In this document: piece after piece, positions 60,078-64,000 of the stretch
Layout of the letters: every line of letters starts with the position of its first letter
How positions within the stretch are numbered: the stretch's first letter is position 1
Source: Elusimicrobiota bacterium
Lineage (GTDB): Bacteria; Elusimicrobiota; Elusimicrobia; F11
Length of the DNA stretch: 64,000 bases
Direction of reading: 5' to 3'
Assembly: GCA_044221725.1 (NCBI GenBank)
Contig: JBGAON010000003.1
Span: 512,001 to 576,000, forward strand
The notes under the pieces: generated by a model
What the model was told of the DNA's origin: nothing
What the model saw: the letters and a program-made list of their open reading frames with translations, nothing else
Database searches by the model: none
Made by a program: the position numbers and the translations under genes

Positions 60078-61099
60078 AGCTCAAACACTCGGAGACCGTT
60101 CTTTTGACGCGACGCTTGGCGGATCTGCTGAAGGGCGGTTTGCCGCTCAGTCGCAGTGTGGACGTTCTGCGAAAGCAGTCGGGGAGCCCGAACTTAAAAA
60201 AGGTTTTGTCGTCGGTAAAAAGTGAGCTCGAGAGTGGCCACAGTTTTTCGCAAGCGCTCAAACTCCAGAACGGAACATTCCCCCGTATCGCGATCGGAAT
60301 CGTTCAAGCCGGTGAGCTCTCCGGAAATCTCGACGCGTCGCTGTCGGAACTGGCAAAGCTACTGGAAACCGATATGGAAGTGCGTCAACGATTGCGCGCG
60401 GCACTCGTGTATCCGGCTTTTTTGTTGGTGCTGGCAATGGTGGTTTGCGCATTTCTATTGGGATTCGTGATCCCGCGGTTTCAATTTCTGTTTCAAGACT
60501 TGGGACAAACACTCCCGCTGCCAACGCGTATTTTAATTCTCGCTTCGTCCGGGTTCCGGTACGTGTTTGTCACGCTGGCGCTGGCCGTGATCGGCGGATT
60601 CTTTGTGATGAAACGTGCCTCCGTGTTGGCGCGGGCACAAGACGCGTTACTAAAGCTGCCAATTGTTTCTGACGCCTGGCGCAACGCGGTGCTTCAGCGC
60701 TGGGCCAGCATGATGGAATCGTTGTTGCGCAGCGGTTACACGGTATCGGACGCGATTCAGCTGTCGCGACAATCCATTAACGATCCCTTTTTTTCTGAGG
60801 CGCTAAAGAAAGTTATCAGCGAAATAATTCAGGGAAAAAATTTCAAATCCGCACTCGAATGCTCCCGTTGGTTCCCGCCAATGATGTGCGAGCTCGTCGG
60901 AGCCGCCGAAGAGACCGGGCAGCTCGAGGAATCGTTCGGACGATTGGCTGTGTCCTATCGGCGCGAAACCGAACATCAGTGGAAAATGTTTTTGTCTTTT
61001 CTCGAGCCGGCGCTCATCCTCGGCATGGGCGCGGTGGTCGGTTTCGTCGCGCTGGCCATGCTTCTCCCCATCTTCGAAATGAGCGCAACGCTGCGATGA
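60074..61099 (+). CDS. gspF: GspF/PilC-family inner-membrane platform protein
   Basis: AGELSGNL, ALVYPAF, LPLPTRIL, EETGQL, LEPALI...MLLPIF. Confidence 0.92.
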   Translation: MKLKHSETVLLTRRLADLLKGGLPLSRSVDVLRKQSGSPNLKKVLSSVKSELESGHSFSQALKLQNGTFPRIAIGIVQAGELSGNLDASLSELAKLLETDMEVRQRLRAALVYPAFLLVLAMVVCAFLLGFVIPRFQFLFQDLGQTLPLPTRILILASSGFRYVFVTLALAVIGGFFVMKRASVLARAQDALLKLPIVSDAWRNAVLQRWASMMESLLRSGYTVSDAIQLSRQSINDPFFSEALKKVISEIIQGKNFKSALECSRWFPPMMCELVGAAEETGQLEESFGRLAVSYRRETEHQWKMFLSFLEPALILGMGAVVGFVALAMLLPIFEMSATLR

Positions 61100-61578
61100 C
61101 ATTTTGCGGAATATACGTTCGGTTTCGTCGGCCCCGCGGAGGGCGACGAAGACTTTTTCGGATAGGACAAAATCGATGTCATCTCAATCGCGGGTTTACT
61201 CTGGCGGAAATTATGCTCGTGGTCGCGATTATCGGCATTCTTGTGTCGGTGGTCGTGCCGCGGTTGACGGGGCGCACGCAGGAAGCGCGAATTTCGACGA
61301 CGCGGCTCCAAGTGGAAAATATTGCGATGGCGCTGGATGCCTTTGAATACGACTGCGGCCGTTATCCGTCGTCCCAAGAAAGTTTGGAAGCGCTGCGAGC
61401 AGCCCCCTCCGGGATCAGCAATTGGAAAGGACCCTACCTCAAGCGCGCGGTTCCGGTCGACGCGTGGAAAAATCATTTTGTGTACCGCGTGCCGGGCCAA
61501 GACAATCCCGACTTCGATTTGTTTTCAATGGGTCCCGACGGAAAAGAAGGCACCGAGGATGACATTGGGAACCACTAA
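61096..61578 (+). CDS. gspG: Major pseudopilin GspG
   Basis: RG|FTLAEIMLVVAIIGIL...GRYPS...NWKGPYL...DAWKN...GPDGKEGTEDDI. The start (ATGA overlap at 61096) is uncertain. Confidence 0.9.
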   Translation: MTFCGIYVRFRRPRGGRRRLFRIGQNRCHLNRGFTLAEIMLVVAIIGILVSVVVPRLTGRTQEARISTTRLQVENIAMALDAFEYDCGRYPSSQESLEALRAAPSGISNWKGPYLKRAVPVDAWKNHFVYRVPGQDNPDFDLFSMGPDGKEGTEDDIGNH

Positions 61579-61777
61579 AAAAAACGGCTTCACATTGGCA
61601 GAAATCTGCGTGGCCGCCGCGCTCACCGGTCTCGTTTGCCTTATCGCATGGCCGGCGATTCGCGGTTATATGCAACGCGTGTCAGCCGATGCGCAAGGGT
61701 CGGGCACCGCGGTGGAGCAATTGTTAGCGCGGGAGCGCGCCATTTGGAGCGGAAAGGGAAATGAAAATTCGAAATAG
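61559..61777 (+). CDS. Very short GspH-position pseudopilin (72 aa)
   Basis: MTLGTTKKNG|FTLAEICVAAALTGLVCLIAWP. Confidence 0.7.
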   Translation: MTLGTTKKNGFTLAEICVAAALTGLVCLIAWPAIRGYMQRVSADAQGSGTAVEQLLARERAIWSGKGNENSK

Positions 61778-61991
61778 AAAAGGGTGTAACGGTTACTTGT
61801 TAATGGAAGCGTTGCTCGCGGTCACGGTTCTTTCGATTGGATTGTACGCAACGCTCGAAGCGTTCGCGTTGGTTCACACTGCTCGCGAACGCAGCCGAGA
61901 AGACGCGCTGGCCGCGCGCTGCGAAGAAATTGGTCGACTTCGGCAGCTCGTTCGTGCGCCGGTACGTGACGAGAGGTGCGTGGAGCGATGA
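61761..61991 (+). CDS. Very short GspI-position pseudopilin (76 aa)
   Basis: NG|YLLMEALLAVTVLSIGL. Confidence 0.7.
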   Translation: MKIRNRKGCNGYLLMEALLAVTVLSIGLYATLEAFALVHTARERSREDALAARCEEIGRLRQLVRAPVRDERCVER

Positions 61992-62572
61992 AACAGAATG
62001 GCTTCACACTTATTGAGGTGATGATGGCCATCACTATTCTTTTGATGGTGGCGGCAACCGGTTTCCAGGTGATTCGCGCGGAGAGTGCTCGGTTTCAAGG
62101 GCTCGCCGCGTCGCTGCGTGCGCAGGTTGATACCAATGTTCTTCTTGCGCAAATGGCCAAAGATCTTCGCGCTGCGTATTTATCTGCTGATAACGAGCAA
62201 AGCTTCTTTGTTTCGCCGGATGGGAAAACCGTTTCTTTCACGCGGCGGGTGGCGGACATCGATATCGAAGCCGTTGAGCAAATCAATTTTGGACCCAAAC
62301 AGGATATGTCGTTCGAGTTTTTTGATGGCCAGCAGTGGAAATCGAATTGGGGTTGGGATGCGGTGAACAAAAAACCATTGCGCGGAATTCGGGGCTTGCC
62401 GTTGTGCGTGCGGGTCAAAGTGACGTGCGCCGACGGAGCGAGCGACGAACGAATTTTGCCGATTATGACGAGTGTGTTGAACCGTGCTTCCGTTGCCCCG
62501 GCACGCATTTGGCGGGGGCCCAAGTTTTCCGATGAAGAACCTGGATCCCGGCCAATAGGAATGCCGGGATGA
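61988..62572 (+). CDS. GspJ-like pseudopilin
   Basis: MKQNG|FTLIEVMMAITIL...FEFFDGQQWKSNW...LPLCVRV. Confidence 0.8.
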   Translation: MKQNGFTLIEVMMAITILLMVAATGFQVIRAESARFQGLAASLRAQVDTNVLLAQMAKDLRAAYLSADNEQSFFVSPDGKTVSFTRRVADIDIEAVEQINFGPKQDMSFEFFDGQQWKSNWGWDAVNKKPLRGIRGLPLCVRVKVTCADGASDERILPIMTSVLNRASVAPARIWRGPKFSDEEPGSRPIGMPG

Positions 62573-62955
62573 CGAATTGCATCATGAATCGTCGGGGCGC
62601 GATTGGAATTGCCGCGCTGTGGATATTGTTGGCGGCCTCTGCATTGGCAACCGCGGCGATTTCTATGGCTCGTGCTGAGCGGAAAACGGCCGCCTATCGA
62701 CTGGAAGAATTTCGGCTCACCTATTTAATTGTGGACGCCGCATTGGCGGATCGGGACGCTAATTTTGTTTCCGATGAAAATGAGATTGAAACGGCTCATG
62801 GAAAGCTGCGCGCGACGCGCGCGTTTTCGAACAACAAGAAATCCGTCCGGTGGATCGCTCGCGCGGACGGGCCGCATTTTTCGAAACAAGTCGAAATTGG
62901 CTGGACGCACGAGGCCCCCACCTGGCGCGCCGATTATTGGAGCGAACTCAAATGA
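62569..62955 (+). CDS. Short GspK-position pseudopilin (128 aa)
   Basis: NRRG|AIGIAALWILL lacks Glu5, as GspK does. Confidence 0.65.
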   Translation: MTNCIMNRRGAIGIAALWILLAASALATAAISMARAERKTAAYRLEEFRLTYLIVDAALADRDANFVSDENEIETAHGKLRATRAFSNNKKSVRWIARADGPHFSKQVEIGWTHEAPTWRADYWSELK

Positions 62956-62983
62956 CCCGTCTTTTCCCATGGCGTGATTCCCA

Positions 62984-64000
62984 ATGAAAAAAGGATTCGT
63001 GTTTATCGAGTGGCACAGCGACGGTTTGCGCGTGCTTCAGTCTGATCACTTTAAATTCTTTCCCTGGTCGTTGCGGCGGAAATTCACCGCGATGAGCAAC
63101 CCGATGGATTTTCTCAGCGACATCGAGAAGATGGCCGCGGCGGTTCACGGGCCGGGCCTCAATGCCGTGCTTGCTGTGCCGCGGTCGGAAATGTTTTTCA
63201 TGGCCAACAAGATGGAATTCGCGAATGACGACATGGTGTGGATGGATTCGTCGTTTTGGGTGATGGGATTGCGTCGGGACCGCCTAAAAATATTTGTCGA
63301 CGCGTTCATGGCCGTCGGAATTCGAATTTCCGCTATGGGCGAGTCGACGACCGCGAGCGCCGTGTCGTTCCAGCAATCGGGCGTCTGTTCGGCGCATAAC
63401 GTGACGGCCGTTTTGACCATCGCGGATTCCTCCGCCGAGTTGTTGTTTGTCGATGGTGCGAACGTGTTCTACAGCCGGTCGCTGCCCGTCGGCGATGCAT
63501 TGGTTGAGGACACACAAAAGACGTTCCGCTATTTCCTTTCGGAAAAAAATGGCGTGGCGCCGCAACGCACGGTGGTGCTGCACAAAGATCCGGCAAAAGC
63601 AAAGTCGGTGTTCGGTGGTGTCGAAACCATAAAACACATCGAATTCCTTCCGCAACAGTCGGACGCAGCCGTGCGCGGACTTTCCTTGATGATCAAACAG
63701 GCCGCCGGTTTCTGGATTATTCCCCCCGGCCGAAACACGCTCGCGAAAATTTTGGCGCCGGAGCATCGACAGACGATGTTGGCTGGCGGTGCGGTTCTTT
63801 TTCTGTTGCTTTCCTATTTTATTGGCGGAGCCCGCAGCCATCTTCAGCAACAAATCTGGAATTCGAAGCAGATGTTGCAAATTTCTCAAACGAAGTTGCC
63901 CACCGCACGGGATCCGGCATCGGATATTTTTTCTGCGGTCCAGGCGCAGGTTCCAGTGGGCTTGCATCTTTTGGATTATTCCTACGACGCGGAGCGCCGG
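62984..64000 (+). CDS. GspL-like (PilM+PilN-type) protein, runs off the right edge
   Basis: Manual translation gives MKKGFVFIEWHSDGLRV...TAVLTIADSSAELLFVDGANVFYSRSLPVG, then TM MLAGGAVLFLLLSYF, then VPVGLHLLDYSYD. It is not in the ORF track because it has no stop in the window. Confidence 0.7.
   Translation, partial: MKKGFVFIEWHSDGLRVLQSDHFKFFPWSLRRKFTAMSNPMDFLSDIEKMAAAVHGPGLNAVLAVPRSEMFFMANKMEFANDDMVWMDSSFWVMGLRRDRLKIFVDAFMAVGIRISAMGESTTASAVSFQQSGVCSAHNVTAVLTIADSSAELLFVDGANVFYSRSLPVGDALVEDTQKTFRYFLSEKNGVAPQRTVVLHKDPAKAKSVFGGVETIKHIEFLPQQSDAAVRGLSLMIKQAAGFWIIPPGRNTLAKILAPEHRQTMLAGGAVLFLLLSYFIGGARSHLQQQIWNSKQMLQISQTKLPTARDPASDIFSAVQAQVPVGLHLLDYSYDAERR

Noticed and set aside
63284..63967. 227-aa minus-strand ORF
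   Set aside because: It is antisense to the GspL-like gene that continues the T2SS operon.

Overview
Chromosomal DNA from a diderm bacterium. The gene repertoire suggests Elusimicrobiota or a similar lineage (inference). It includes a PorV/UPF0164-type barrel, a FlgD-Ig/T9SS-like C-terminal sorting domain, many pilins and Firmicutes-like housekeeping gene order. From left to right: (1) A minus-strand surface-protein locus, 1-17 kb. It encodes a secreted FecR-domain protein, an outer-membrane barrel, a 2061-aa protein with a T9SS-like CTD, a PorV-like barrel, and a paralogous giant gene of at least 2288 aa with 12 Ig-like repeats. The giant gene runs off the left edge and is absent from the ORF track. 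(2) tatD, an FKBP, a PilZ protein, yceI, a receiver protein, metG, holB and tmk. (3) A three-gene minor-pilin operon whose first gene, an ~830-aa pilin-adhesin fusion, is split by an intact 1418-bp IS256-family element with an 8-bp TSD. (4) HAMP proteins, a small two-repeat basic protein, and folK-panB-panC-aspS-phoH-7TM/HD-ybeY-[Xre/RES toxin-antitoxin]-recO-glyQS-coaX. (5) korAB-sucCD, FTR1, YfhO, and a class III adenylate cyclase with an upstream DnaA-box cluster. (6) A GT2 and a compact T2SS/pseudopilin operon running off the right edge. No rRNA, tRNA or CRISPR array was seen. Domain calls come from motif recognition by eye, not database searches.
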